A DNA stretch of 64,000 nucleotides, taken from NCBI RefSeq assembly GCF_009914755.1, contig NC_060939.1. The stretch is one strand, 5' to 3'. The stretch comes from the human T2T-CHM13v2.0 reference genome, Homo sapiens. Position 1 is the first letter of the stretch. Each line of letters opens with the position of its first letter. This document shows positions 12,201 through 27,600 of the stretch, in pieces. A program made the position numbers and the translations under genes. The notes beneath the pieces are model-generated. The model saw only the letters and a list, made by a program, of their open reading frames with translations. It was not told where the DNA came from and did not search any database.

Positions 12201-15200
12201 ATTCCATTCCATCCGATTCCATTACATTCTTTTCATTTCTTATCCATTTCAAGCCATTCCACTCCATTCCATTCCACTCGTTTCCTTTCCATTCGAGTCC
12301 ATTCCTCTCCAGTCCATTCCGTTCAATCCATTCCATTCCAGTCCATTCCATTCGAGTCCGTTCCATTCCAGTCCATTCCATTCGAGTCAATTCCATTCCA
12401 TTCGATGTCTTTCCATAACGATCCATTCCATTCTATTCCTTTCGATTCCATTCCATTCTATTTCATTCCATTCGATTCCCTTCCATTAGACTCCTTTCCA
12501 TTCGAGTGCATTCCATTCCTTTCCATTTCTTTCCGTTCTGTACGATTCCTACCGTTCTATTTCATTTTGTTCCAGTCCATTCCTTTCGCGTCCATTCCAT
12601 TCCATTTCACTCCATTCGATTCCATTCCACTCGATTCCACTTCGTTCCATTTCATTGCATTCCATTCTATTCAACTCTATTGCCTTCCATTCCATTCCAT
12701 TCGATTACATTCCATGCGATTCCATTCGAAATCGAATCAATTACATTGCAATCCATTACAATTGAGTCCGTTTTATTCCAGTCCACTGTATTCTGGTCCA
12801 TTCCATTTGATTCCATTCCATTCTATTCCATTCCATACAGTTGCATTCCTTTGGATTCCATGCTATATATATAAATTCAATTCGAGACCATTGCTTTTGA
12901 GTCCATTCTATATGATTCCATTCCATTCAAGTCCATTACATTTGGTTCAATTCCATTCCATTCCATTCCCTTCCATTCCATTCCAGTTGATATCAATCCA
13001 TTCGATTCCATTCCATTCGAGCACATTCCATTCGAGTCCATTCCATTCGATGCCATTCCATTTGATTCTATTCCATTAGTCTCCATTCAATTCCATTAAT
13101 CTCCATTCCATTCCATTCTACTCCAACTGATTCCATTCCATTCTATTCCTTTCCATTCCAGTTCATTCCATTCCATTCCATTTCATTCCATTCCATTCCA
13201 TTCGCTTCCATTCCATTCGTGTCCATTCCACTCCAGTCCATTCCATTCGTGTCCATTCCATTCCAGTCCATTCCATTTGTGTCCACTGCATTCCATTCCA
13301 CTCCATTCCATATTATTCTATTACACTCCCTTCCATTCTATTACTTTCATTTCCATTCAATTCCATTCCATTTGATTCCATTCCACTCGGTTTCATTCCA
13401 TTTGAGTCCACTCCATTCCATTCCATTCCATTCCATTCAGTTCCATTCCATTCCGTTCCATTGCATTCCATTCCATTCGGTACCATTCCATATTGTTCCA
13501 TTCAATTCCATTCGAATCCATTCCATTCCAATCCATTCCATTCCATTCCATTCCATTCCATTCCTTTCAATTCCATTCCATTCCATTCCATTCCACTTGA
13601 TTCCACTTCATTCCCTTCCACTGCATTCCATTCGATTCCATTCCATTGCATTGCATTCCATTCCATTGGACTGCATTCCATTCGATTCCATTCCATGCGA
13701 ATCAATTACATAGCAATCCATTACATTCGAGTCTATTCTATTCCGTTCCATTCGATTTCGTTCCAATCCATTCGATTCCATTCCATTCGATTCCATTCCA
13801 TACTATTGCATTCCATTCTATTACATTATATTCGAATAAGTTCCATTCAAGACCATTTCTTTTGAGTCCAATCTATTTGAGTCCATTCCCTTTGATTCCA
13901 TAACATTTGAGTCCATTCAATTCCATTCCTTTCGTTTCCATTCCATTTGATGCCATTCCATTCAATTCTGTTCTACTCGACTCCAATACATTCAATTCCA
14001 TTCCATCCGATTCCATTACATTCTTTTCATTTCTTATCCATTTCAAGCCATTCCACTCCATTCCATTCCACTCGTTTCCTTTCCATTCGAGTCCATTCCT
14101 CTCCAGTCCATTCCGTTCAATCCATTCCATTCCAGTCCATTCCATTCGAGTCCGTTCCATTCCAGACCATTCCATTCGAGTCAATTCCATTCCATTCGAT
14201 GTCTTTCCATAACGATCCATTCCATTCTATTCCTTTCGATTCCATTCCATTCTATTTCATTCCATTCGATTCCCTTCCATTGGACTCCTTTCCATTCGAG
14301 TGCATTCCATTCCGTTCCATTTCTTTCCGTTCTGTACGATTCCTACCGTTCGATTTCATTTTGTTCCAGTCCATTCCTTTCGCGTCCATTCCATTCCATT
14401 TCACTCCATTCGATTCCATTCCACTCGATTCCACTTCGTTCCATTTCATTGCATTCCATTCTATTCAACTCTATTGCCTTCCATTCCATTCCATTCGATT
14501 ACATTCCATGCTATTCCATTCGAAATCGAATCAATTACATTGCAATCCATTACAATTGAGTCCGTTTTATTCCAGTCCACTGCATTCTGGTCCATTCCAT
14601 TTGATTCCATTCCATTCTATTCCATTCCATACAGTTGCATTCCTTTGGATTCCATGCTATATATATAAATTCAATTCGAGACCATTGCTTTTGAGTCCAT
14701 TCTATATGATTCCATTCCATTCAAGTCCATTACATTTGGTTCAATTCCATTCCATTCCATTCCCTTCCATTCCATTCCAGTTGATATCAATCCATTCGAT
14801 TCCATTCCATTCGAGCACATTCCATTCGAGTCCATTCCATTCGATGCCATTCCATTTGATTCTATTCCATTAGTCTCCATTCAATTCCATTAATCTCCAT
14901 TCCATTCCTTTCTACTCCAACTGATTCCATTCCATTCTATTCCTTTCCATTCCATTTCATTCCATTCCATTCCATTTCATTCCATTCCATTCCATTCGTG
15001 TCCATTCCACTCCAGTCCATTCCATTCATGTCCATTCCATTCCAGTCCATTCCATTTGTGTCCACTGCATTCCATTCCACTCCATTCCATATTATTCCAT
15101 TACACTCCATTCCATTCTATTACTTTCATTTCCATTCAATTCCATTCCATTTGATTCCATTCCACTCGGTTTCATTCCATTTGAGTCCACTCCATTCCAT

Positions 15201-18200
15201 TCCATTCCATTCAGTTCCATTACATTCCATTCCATTCGGTACCATTCCATATTGTTCCATTCGATTCCATTCGAATCCATTCCATTCCAGTCCATTCCAT
15301 TCGATTCCATTCCATTCATTTCAATTCCATTCCATTCCATTCCATTACATTCCACTTGATTCCTCTCCATTCCCTTCCACTGCATTCCGTTCGATTCCAT
15401 TCCATTGCATTGCATTCCATTCCATTGGATTGCATTCCATTCGATTCCATTCCATTCGAATCAATTACATAGCAATCCATTACATTCGAGTCTATTCTAT
15501 TCCGATCCATTCGATTTCGTTCCAATCCATTCGATTCCATTCCATTCGATTCCATTCCATACTATTGCATTCCATTCGATTACATTATATTCGAATAAGT
15601 TCCATTCAAGACCATTTCTTTTGAGTCCATTCTATTTGAGTCCATTCCCTTTGATTCCATAACATTTGAGTCCATTCAATTCCATTCCTTTCGTTTCCAT
15701 TCCATTTGATGCCATTCCATTCAATTCTGTTCTACTCGACTCCAATACATTCAATTCCATTCCATCCGATTCCATTACATTCTTTTCATTTCTTATCCAT
15801 TTCAAGCCATTCCACTCCATTCCATTCCACTCGTTTCCTTTCCATTCGAGTCCATTCCTCTCCAGTCCATTCCGTTCAATCCATTCCATTCCAGTCCATT
15901 CCATTCGAGTCCGTTCCATTCCAGTCCATTCCATTCGAGTCAATTCCATTCCATTCGATGTCTTTCCATAACGATCCATTCCATTCTATTCCTTTCGATT
16001 CCATTCCATTCTATTTCATTCCATTCGATTCCCTTCCATTAGACTCCTTTCCATTCGAGTGCATTCCATTCCTTTCCATTTCTTTCCGTTCTGTACGATT
16101 CCTACCGTTCTATTTCATTTTGTTCCAGTCCATTCCTTTCGCGTCCATTCCATTCCATTTCACTCCATTCGATTCCATTCCACTCGATTCCACTTCGTTC
16201 CATTTCATTGCATTCCATTCTATTCAACTCTATTGCCTTCCATTCCATTCCATTCGATTACATTCCATGCGATTCCATTCGAAATCGAATCAATTACATT
16301 GCAATCCATTACAATTGAGTCCGTTTTATTCCAGTCCACTGTATTCTGGTCCATTCCATTTGATTCCATTCCATTCTATTCCATTCCATACAGTTGCATT
16401 CCTTTGGATTCCATGCTATATATATAAATTCAATTCGAGACCATTGCTTTTGAGTCCACTCTATATGATTCCATTCCATTCAAGTCCATTACATTTGGTT
16501 CAATTCCATTCCATTCCATTCCCTTCCATTCCATTCCAGTTGATATCAATCCATTCGATTCCATTCCATTCGAGCACATTCCATTCGAGTCCATTCCATT
16601 CGATGCCATTCCATTTGATTCTATTCCATTAGTCTCCATTCAATTCCATTAATCTCCATTCCATTCCATTCTACTCCAACTGATTCCATTCCATTCTATT
16701 CCTTTCCATTCCATTTCATTCCATTCCATTCCATTTCATTCCATTCCATTCCATTCGCTTCCATTCCATTCGTGTCCATTCCACTCCAGTCCATTCCATT
16801 CGTGTCCATTCCATTCCAGTCCATTCCATTTGTGTCCACTGCATTCCATTCCACTCCATTCCATATTATTCTATTACACTCCCTTCCATTCTATTACTTT
16901 CATTTCCATTCAATTCCATTCCATTTGATTCCATTCCACTCGGTTTCATTCCATTTGAGTCCACTCCATTCCATTCCATTCCATTCCATTCAGTTCCATT
17001 CCATTCCGTTCCATTGCATTCCATTCCATTCGGTACCATTCCATATTGTTCCATTCAATTCCATTCGAATCCATTCCATTCCAATCCATTCCATTCCATT
17101 CCATTCCATTCCATTCCTTTCAATTCCATTCCATTCCATTCCATTCCACTTGATTCCACTTCATTCCCTTCCACTGCATTCCATTCGATTCCATTCCATT
17201 GCATTGCATTCCATTCCATTGGACTGCATTCCATTCGATTCCATTCCATGCGAATCAATTACATAGCAATCCATTACATTCGAGTCTATTCTATTCCGTT
17301 CCATTCGATTTCGTTCCAATCCATTCGATTCCATTCCATTCGATTCCATTCCATACTATTGCATTCCATTCTATTACATTATATTCGAATAAGTTCCATT
17401 CAAGACCATTTCTTTTGAGTCCAATCTATTTGAGTCCATTCCCTTTGATTCCATAACATTTGAGTCCATTCAATTCCATTCCTTTCGTTTCCATTCCATT
17501 TGATGCCATTCCATTCAATTCTGTTCTACTCGACTCCAATACATTCAATTCCATTCCATCCGATTCCATTACATTCTTTTCATTTCTTATCCATTTCAAG
17601 CCATTCCACTCCATTCCATTCCACTCGTTTCCTTTCCATTCGAGTCCATTCCTCTCCAGTCCATTCCGTTCAATCCATTCCATTCCAGTCCATTCCATTC
17701 GAGTCCGTTCCATTCCAGGCCATTCCATTCGAGTCAATTCCATTCCATTCGATGTCTTTCCATAACGATCCATTCCATTCTATTCCTTTCGATTCCATTC
17801 CATTCTATTTCATTCCATTCGATTCCCTTCCATTGGACTCCTTTCCATTCGAGTGCATTCCATTCCGTTCCATTTCTTTCCGTTCTGTACGATTCCTACC
17901 GTTCGATTTCATTTTGTTCCAGTCCATTCCTTTCGCGTCCATTCCATTCCATTTCACTCCATTCGATTCCATTCCACTCGATTCCACTTCGTTCCATTTC
18001 ATTGCATTCCATTCTATTCAACTCTATTGCCTTCCATTCCATTCCATTCGATTACATTCCATGCGATTCCATTCGAAATCGAATCAATTACATTGCAATC
18101 CATTACAATTGAGTCCGTTTTATTCCAGTCCACTGCATTCTGGTCCATTCCATTTGATTCCATTCCATTCTATTCCATTCCATACAGTTGCATTCCTTTG

Positions 18201-21200
18201 GATTCCATGCTATATATATAAATTCAATTCGAGACCATTGCTTTTGAGTCCATTCTATATGATTCCATTCCATTCAAGTCCATTACATTTGGTTCAATTC
18301 CATTCCATTCCATTCCCTTCCATTCCATTCCAGTTGATATCAATCCATTCGATTCCATTCCATTCGAGCACATTCCATTCGAGTCCATTCCATTCGATGC
18401 CATTCCATTTGATTCTATTCCATTAGTCTCCATTCAATTCCATTAATCTCCATTCCATTCCATTCTACTCCAACTGATTCCATTCCATTCTATTCCTTTC
18501 CATTCCATTTCATTCCATTCCATTCCATTTCATTCCATTCCATTCCATTCGTGTCCATTCCACTCCAGTCCATTCCATTCATGTCCATTCCATTCCAGTC
18601 CATTCCATTTGTGTCCACTGCATTCCATTCCACTCCATTCCATATTATTCCATTACACTCCATTCCATTCTATTACTTTCATTTCCATTCAATTCCATTC
18701 CATTTGATTCCATTCCACTCGGTTTCATTCCATTTGAGTCCACTCCATTCCATTCCATTCCATTCAGTTCCATTACATTCCATTCCATTCGGTACCATTC
18801 CATATTGTTCCATTCGATTCCATTCGAATCCATTCCATTCCAGTCCATTCCATTCGATTCCATTCCATTCATTTCAATTCCATTCCATTCCATTCCATTA
18901 CATTCGACTTGATTCCTCTCCATTCCCTTCCACTGCATTCCGTTCGATTCCATTCCATTGCATTGCATTCCATTCCATTGGATTGCATTCCATTCGATTC
19001 CATTCCATTCGAATCAATTACATAGCAATCCATTACATTCGAGTCTATTCTATTCCGTTCCATTCGATTTCGTTCCAATCCATTCGATTCCATTCCATTC
19101 GATTCCATTCCATACTATTGCATTCCATTCGATTACATTATATTCGAATAAGTTCCATTCAAGACCATTTCTTTTGAGTCCATTCTATTTGAGTCCATTC
19201 CCTTTGATTCCATAACATTTGAGTCCATTCAATTCCATTCCTTTCGTTTCCATTCCATTTGATGCCATTCCATTCAATTCTGTTCTACTCGACTCCAATA
19301 CATTCAATTCCATTCCATCCGATTCCATTACATTCTTTTCATTTCTTATCCATTTCAAGCCATTCCACTCCATTCCATTCCACTCGTTTCCTTTCCATTC
19401 GAGTCCATTCCTCTCCAGTCCATTCCGTTCAATCCATTCCATTCCAGTCCATTCCATTCGAGTCCGTTCCATTCCAGTCCATTCCATTCGAGTCAATTCC
19501 ATTCCATTCGATGTCTTTCCATAACGATCCATTCCATTCTATTCCTTTCGATTCCATTCCATTCTATTTCATTCCATTCGATTCCCTTCCATTGGACTCC
19601 TTTCCATTCGAGTGCATTCCATTCCGTTCCATTTCTTTCCGTTCTGTACGATTCCTACCGTTCGATTTCATTTTGTTCCAGTCCATTCCTTTCGCGTCCA
19701 TTCCATTCCATTTCACTCCATTCGATTCCATTCCACTCGATTCCACTTCGTTCCATTTCATTGCATTCCATTCTATTCAACTCTATTGCCTTCCATTCCA
19801 TTCCATTCGATTACATTCCATGCGATTCCATTCGAAATCGAATCAATTACATTGCAATCCATTACAATTGAGTCCGTTTTATTCCAGTCCACTGCATTCT
19901 GGTCCATTCCATTTGATTCCATTCCATTCTATTCCATTCCATACAGTTGCATTCCTTTGGATTCCATGCTATATATATAAATTCAATTCGAGACCATTGC
20001 TTTTGAGTCCATTCTATATGATTCCATTCCATTCAAGTCCATTACATTTGGTTCAATTCCATTCCATTCCATTCCCTTCCATTCCATTCCAGTTGATATC
20101 AATCCATTCGATTCCATTCCATTCGAGCACATTCCATTCGAGTCCATTCCATTCGATGCCATTCCATTTGATTCTATACCATTAGTCTCCATTCAATTCC
20201 ATTAATCTCCATTCCATTCCATTCTACTCCAACTGATTCCATTCCATTCTATTCCTTTCCATTCCATTTCATTCCATTCCATTCCATTTCATTCCATTCC
20301 ATTCCATTCGTGTCCATTCCACTCCAGTCCATTCCATTCGTGTCCATTCCATTCCAGTCCATTCCATTTGTGTCCACTGCATTCCATTCCACTCCATTCC
20401 ATATTATTCCATTACACTCCATTCCATTCTATTACTTTCATTTCCATTCAATTCCATTCCATTTGATTCCATTCCACTCGGATTCATTCCATTTGAGTCC
20501 ACTCCATTCCATTCCATTCCATTCAGTTCCATTACATTCCATTCCATTCGGTACCATTCCATATTGTTCCATTCGATTCCATTCGAATCCATTCCATTCC
20601 AGTCCATTCCATTCGATTCCATTCCATTCATTTCAATTCCATTCCATTCCATTCCATTACATTCGACTTGATTCCTCTCCATTCCCTTCCACTGCATTCC
20701 GTTCGATTCCATTCCATTGCATTGCATTCCATTCCATTGGATTGCATTCCATTCGATTCCATTCCATTCGAATCAATTACATAGCAATCCATTACATTCG
20801 AGTCTATTCTATTCCGTTCCATTCGATTTTGTTCCAATCCATTCGATTCCATTCCATTCGATTCCATTCCATACTATTGCATTCCATTCGATTACATTAT
20901 ATTCGAATAAGTTCCATTCAAGACCATTTCTTTTGAGTCCATTCTATTTGAGTCCATTCCCTTTGATTCCATAACATTTGAGTCCATTCAATTCCATTCC
21001 TTTCGTTTCCATTCCATTTGATGCCATTCCATTCAATTCTGTTCTACTCGACTCCAATACATTCAATTCCATTCCATCCGATTCCATTACATTCTTTTCA
21101 TTTCTTATCCATTTCAAGCCATTCCACTCCATTCCATTCCACTCGTTTCCTTTCCATTCGAGTCCATTCCTCTCCAGTCCATTCCGTTCAATCCATTCCA

Positions 21201-21750
21201 TTCCAGTCCATTCCATTCGAGTCCGTTCCATTCCAGTCCATTCCATTCGAGTCAATTCCATTCCATTCGATGTCTTTCCATAACGATCCATTCCATTCTA
21301 TTCCTTTCGATTCCATTCCATTCTATTTCATTCCATTCGATTCCCTTCCATTGGACTCCTTTCCATTCGAGTGCATTCCATTCCGTTCCATTTCTTTCCG
21401 TTCTGTACGATTCCTACCGTTCGATTTCATTTTGTTCCAGTCCATTCCTTTCGCGTCCATTCCATTCCATTTCACTCCATTCGATTCCATTCCACTCGAT
21501 TCCACTTCGTCCCATTTCATTGCATTCCATTCTATTCAACTCTATTGCCTTCCATTCCATTCCATTCGATTACATTCCATGCGATTCCATTCGAAATCGA
21601 ATCAATTACATTGCAGTCCATTACAATTGAGTCCGTTTTATTCCAGTCCACTGCATTCTGGTCCATTCCATTTGATTCCATTCCATTCTATTCCATTCCA
21701 TACAGTTGCATTCCTTTGGATTCCATGCTATATATATAAATTCAATTCGA
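6300..21750 (+). repeat. Sub-domain enriched in a short 1759 bp monomer variant
   Basis: A 35 bp shorter segment (CAGTTCCATTAC, lacking the CTGTT/CCGTT pentamers) occurs at ~6365, 8121, 11660, 15212, 18765 and 20525. The linked markers ACAATTGAG and TATATATAAA are confined to this interval. Confidence 0.85.
12080..19185 (+). repeat. Local higher-order repeat: 2-monomer unit (1794+1759 = 3553 bp), two copies
   Basis: Private variants repeat at exactly +3553: TTAGACTC (~12488/16041), ORF pairs 12153/15706, 13219/16772 and 14998/18551, and GTCCAATCTA (~13870/17423). Boundaries are approximate. Confidence 0.9.
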
Positions 21751-24700
21751 GACCATTGCTTTTGAGTCCATTCTATATGATTCCATTCCATTCAAGTCCA
21801 TTACATTTGGTTCAATTCCATTCCATTCCATTCCCTTCCATTCCATTCCAGTTGATATCAATCCATTCGATTCCATTCCATTCGAGCACATTCCATTCGA
21901 GTCCATTCCATTCGATGCCATTCCATTTGATTCTATTCCATTAGTCTCCATTCAATTCCATTAATCTCCATTCCATTCCATTCTACTCCAACTGATTCCA
22001 TTCCATTCTATTCCTTTCCATTCCATTTCATTCCATTCCATTCCATTTCATTCCATTCCATTCCATTTCATTCCATTCCATTCCATTCGTGTCCATTCCA
22101 CTCCAGTCCATTCCATTCGTGTCCATTCCATTCTAGTCCATTCCATTTGTGTCCACTGCATTCCATTCCACTCCATTCCATATTATTCCATTACACTCCA
22201 TTCCATTCTATTACTTTCATTTCCATTCAATTCCATTCCATTTGATTCCATTCCACTCGGTTTCATTCCATTTGAGTCCACTCCATTCCATTCCATTCCA
22301 TTCCATTCAGATCCATTCCATTCTGTTCCATTCCAATCCATTCCATTCGGTACCATTCCATAGTGTTCCATTCGATTCCATTCGAATCCATTCCATTCCA
22401 GTCCTTTCCATTCGATTCCATTCCATTCATTTCAATTCCATTCCATTCCATTCCATTCCATTCCACTTGATTCCTCTCCATTCCCTTCCACTGCATTCCG
22501 TTCGATTCCATTCCATTGCATTGCATTCCATTCCATTGGATTGCATTCCATTCGATTCCATTCCATTCGAATCAATTACATAGCAATCCATTACATTCGA
22601 GTCTATTCTCTTCCGTTCCATTCGATTTCGTTCCAATCCATTCGATTCCATTCCATTCGATTCCATTCCATACTATTGCATTCCATTCGATTAAATTATA
22701 TTCGAATAAGTTCCATTCAAGACCATTTCTTTTGAGTCCATTCTATTTGAGTCCATTCCCTTTGATTCCATAACATTTGAGTCCATTCAATTCCATTCCT
22801 TTCGTTTCCATTCCATTTGATGCCATTCCATTCAATTCTGTTCTACTCGACTCCAATACATTCAATTCCATTCCATCCGATTCCATTACATTCTTTTCAT
22901 TTCTTATCCATTTCAAGCCATTCCACTCCATTCCATTCCACTCGTTTCCTTTCCATTCGAGTCCATTCCTCTCCAGTCCATTCCGTTCAATCCATTCCAT
23001 TCCAGTCCATTCCATTCGAGTCCGTTCCATTCCAGTCCATTCCATTCGAGTCAATTCCATTCCATTCGATGTCTTTCCATAACGATCCATTCCATTCTAT
23101 TCCTTTCGATTCCATTCCATTCTATTTCATTCCATTCGATTCCCTTCCATTGGACTCCTTTCCATTCGAGTGCATTCCATTCCGTTCCATTTCTTTCCGT
23201 TCTGTACGATTCCTACCGTTCGATTTCATTTTGTTCCAGTCCATTCCTTTCGCGTCCATTCCATTCCATTTCACTCCATTCGATTCCATTCCACTCGATT
23301 CCACTTTGTTCCATTTCATTGCATTCCATTCTATTCAACTCTATTGCCTTCCATTCCATTCCATTCGATTACATTCCATGCGATTCCATTCGAAATCGAA
23401 TCAATTACATTGCAATCCATTACTATTGAGTCCATTTTATTCCAGTCCACTGCATTCTGGTCCATTCCATTTGATTCCATTCCATTCTATTCCATTCCAT
23501 ACAGTTGCATTCCATTGGATTCCATGCTATATCTATAAATTCAATTCGAGACCATTGCTTTTGAGTCCATTCTATATGATTCCATTCCATTCAAGTCCAT
23601 TACATTTGGTTCAATTCCATTCCATTCCATTCCCTTCCATTCCATTCCAGTTGATATCAATCCATTCGATTCCATTCCATTCGAGCACATTCCATTCGAG
23701 TCCATTCCATTCGATGCCATTCCATTTGATTCTATTCCATTAGTCTCCATTCAATTCCATTAATCTCCATTCCATTCCATTCTACTCCAACTGATTCCAT
23801 TCCATTCTATTCCTTTCCATTCCATTTCATTCCATTCCATTCCATTTCATTCCATTCCATTCGTGTCCATTCCACTCCAGTCCATTCCATTCGTGTCCAT
23901 TCCATTCCAGTCCATTCCATTTGTGTCCACTGCATTCCATTCCACTCCATTCCATATTATTCCATTACACTCCATTCCATTCTATTACTTTCATTTCCAT
24001 TCAATTCCATTCCATTTGATTCCATTCCACTCGGTTTCATTCCATTTGAGTCCACTCCATTCCATTCCATTCCATTCCATTCAGTTCCATTCCATTCTGT
24101 TCCATTCCATTCCATTCCATTCGGTACCATTCCATAGTGTTCCATTCGATTTCATTCGAATCCATTCCATTCCAGTCCTTTCCATCCGATTCCATTCCAT
24201 TCATTTCAATTCCATTCCATTCCATTCCATTACATTCCACTTGATTCCTCTCCATTCCCTTCCACTGCATTCCGTTCGATTCCATTCCATTGCATGGCAT
24301 TCCATTCCATTGGATTGCATTCCATTCGATTCCATTCCATTCGAATCAATTACATAGCAATCCATTACATTCGAGTCTATTCCCTTCCGTTCCATTCGAT
24401 TTCGTTCCAATCCATTCGATTCCATTCCATTCGATTCCATTCCATACTATTGCATTCCATTCGATTACATTATATTCGAATAAGTTCCATTCAAGACCAT
24501 TTCTTTTGAGTCCATTCTATTTGAGTCCATTCCCTTTGATTCCATAACATTTGAGTCCATTCAATTCCATTCCTTTCGTTTCCATTCCATTTGATGCCAT
24601 TCCATTCAATTCTGTTCTACTCGACTCCAATACATTCAATTCCATTCCATCCGATTCCATTACATTCTTTTCATTTCTTATCCATTTCAAGCCATTCCAC

Positions 24701-27566
24701 TCCATTCCATTCCACTCGTTTCCTTTCCATTCGAGTCCATTCCTCTCCAGTCCATTCCGTTCAATCCATTCCATTCCAGTCCATTCCATTCGAGTCCGTT
24801 CCATTCCAGTCCATTCCATTCGAGTCAATTCCATTCCATTCGATGTCTTTCCATAACGATCCATTCCATTCTATTCCTTTCGATTCCATTCCATTCTATT
24901 TCATTCCATTCGATTCCCTTCCATTGGACTCCTTTCCATTCGAGTGCATTCCATTCCGTTCCATTTCTTTCCGTTCTGTACGATTCCTACCGTTCGATTT
25001 CATTTTGTTCCAGTCCATTCCTTTCGCGTCCATTCCATTCCATTTCACTCCATTCGATTCCATTCCACTCGATTCCACTTCGTTCCATTTCATTGCATTC
25101 CATTCTATTCAACTCTATTGCCTTCCATTCCATTCCATTCGATTACATTCCATGCGATTCCATTCGAAATCGAATCAATTACATTGCAATCCATTACTAT
25201 TGAGTCCGTTTTATTCCAGTCCACTGCATTCTGGTCCATTCCATTTGATTCCATTCCATTCTATTCCATTCCATACAGTTGCATTCCATTGGATTCCATT
25301 CTATATCTATACATTCAATTCGAGACCATTGCTTTTGAGTCCATTCTATATGATTCCATTCCATTCAAGTCCATTACATTTGGTTCAATTCCATTCCATT
25401 CCATTCCCTTCCATTCCATTCCAGTTGATATCAATCCATTCGATTCCATTCCATTCGAGCACATTCCATTCGAGTCCATTCCATTCGATGCCATTCCATT
25501 TGATTCTATTCCATTAGTCTCCATTCAATTCCATTAATCCCCATTCCATTCCATTCTACTCCAACTGATTCCATTCCATTCTATTCCTTTCCATTCCATT
25601 TCATTCCATTCCATTCCATTTCATTTCATTCCATTCCATTCCATTCGTGTCCATTCCACTCCAGTCCATTCCATTCGTGTCCATTCAATTCCAGTCCATT
25701 CCATTTGTGTCCACTGCATTCCATTCCACTCCATTCCATATTATTCCATTACACTCCATTCCATTCTATTCCTTTAATTTCCATTCAATTCCATTCCATT
25801 TGATTCCATTCCACTCGGTTTCATTCCATTTGAGTCCACTCCATTCCATTCCATTCCATTCCATTCAGTTCCATTCCATTCTGTTCCATTCCATTCCGTT
25901 CCATTACATTCCATTCCATTCGGTACCATTCCATATTGTTCCATTCGATTCCATTCGAATCCATTCCATTCCAGTCCATTCCATTCGATTCCATTCCATT
26001 CATTTCAATTCCATTCCATTCCATTCCATTACATTCCACTTGATTCCTCTCCATTCCCTTACACTGCATTCCGTTCGATTCCATTCCATTGCATTGCATT
26101 CCATTCCATTGGATTGCATTCCATTCGATTCCATTCCATTCGAATCAATTACATAGCAATCCATTACATTCGAGTCTATTCTATTCCGTTCCATTCGATT
26201 TCGTTCCAATCCATTCGATTCCATTCCATTCGATTCCATTCCATACTATTGCATTCCATTCGATTACATTATATTCGAATAAGTTCCATTCAAGACCATT
26301 TCTTTTGAGTCCATTCTATTTGAGTCCATTCCCTTTGATTCCATAACATTTGAGTCCATTCAATTCCATTCCTTTCGTTTCCATTCCATTTGATGCCATT
26401 CCATTCAATTCTGTTCTACTCGACTCCAATACATTCAATTCCATTCCATCCGATTCCATTACATTCTTTTCATTTCTTATCCATTTCAAGCCATTCCACT
26501 CCATTCCATTCCACTCGTTTCCTTTCCATTCGAGTCCATTCCTCTCCAGTCCATTCCGTTCAATCCATTCCATTCCAGTCCATTCCATTCGAGTCCGTTC
26601 CATTCCAGTCCATTCCATTCGAGTCAATTCCATTCCATTCGATGTCTTTCCATAACGATCCATTCCATTCTATTCCTTTCGATTCCATTCCATTCTATTT
26701 CATTCCATTCGATTCCCTTCCATTGGACTCCTTTCCATTCGAGTGCATTCCATTCCGTTCCATTTCTTTCCGTTCTGTACGATACCTACCGTTCGATTTC
26801 ATTTTGTTCCAGTCCATTCCTTTCGCGTCCATTCCATTCCATTTCACTCCATTCGATTCCATTCCACTCGATTCCACTTCGTTCCATTTCATTGCATTCC
26901 ATTCTATTCAACTCTATTGCCTTCCATTCCATTCCATTCGATTACATTCCATGCGATTCCATTCGAAATCGAATCAATTACATTGCAATCCATTACTATT
27001 GAGTCCGTTTTATTCCAGTCCACTGCATTCTGGTCCATTCCATTTGATTCCATTCCATTCTATTCCATTCCATACAGTTGCATTCCATTGGATTCCATGC
27101 TATATCTATAAATTCAATTCGAGACCATTGCTTTTGAGTCCATTCTATATGATTCCATTCCATTCAAGTCCATTACATTTGGTTCAATTCCATTCCATTC
27201 CATTCCCTTCCATTCCATTCCAGTTGATATCAATCCCTTCGATTCCATTCCATTCGAGCACATTCCATTCGAGTCCATTCCATTCGATGCCATTCCATTT
27301 GATTCTATTCCATTAGTCTCCATTCAATTCCATTAATCTCCATTCCATTCCATTCTACTCCAACTGATTCCATTCCATTCTATTCCTTTCCATTCCATTT
27401 CATTCCATTCCATTCCATTTCATTCCATTCCATTCCATTCGTGTCCATTCCACTCCAGTCCATTCCATTCGTGTCCATTCCATTCCAGTCCATTCCATTT
27501 GTGTCCACTGCATTCCATTCCACTCCATTCCATATTATTCCATTACACTCCATTCCATTCTATTAC

Positions 27567-27600
27567 GTTCATTTCCATTCCATTCCATTCCATTCCATTC
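27567..27600 (+). other. 60 bp deletion within a monomer
   Basis: ATTTCCATTC to AGTTCC is 20 bp here versus 80 bp in intact monomers (e.g. 56811-56901). The CACTCGGTTTC...GAGTCCAC segment is missing. Confidence 0.88.
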
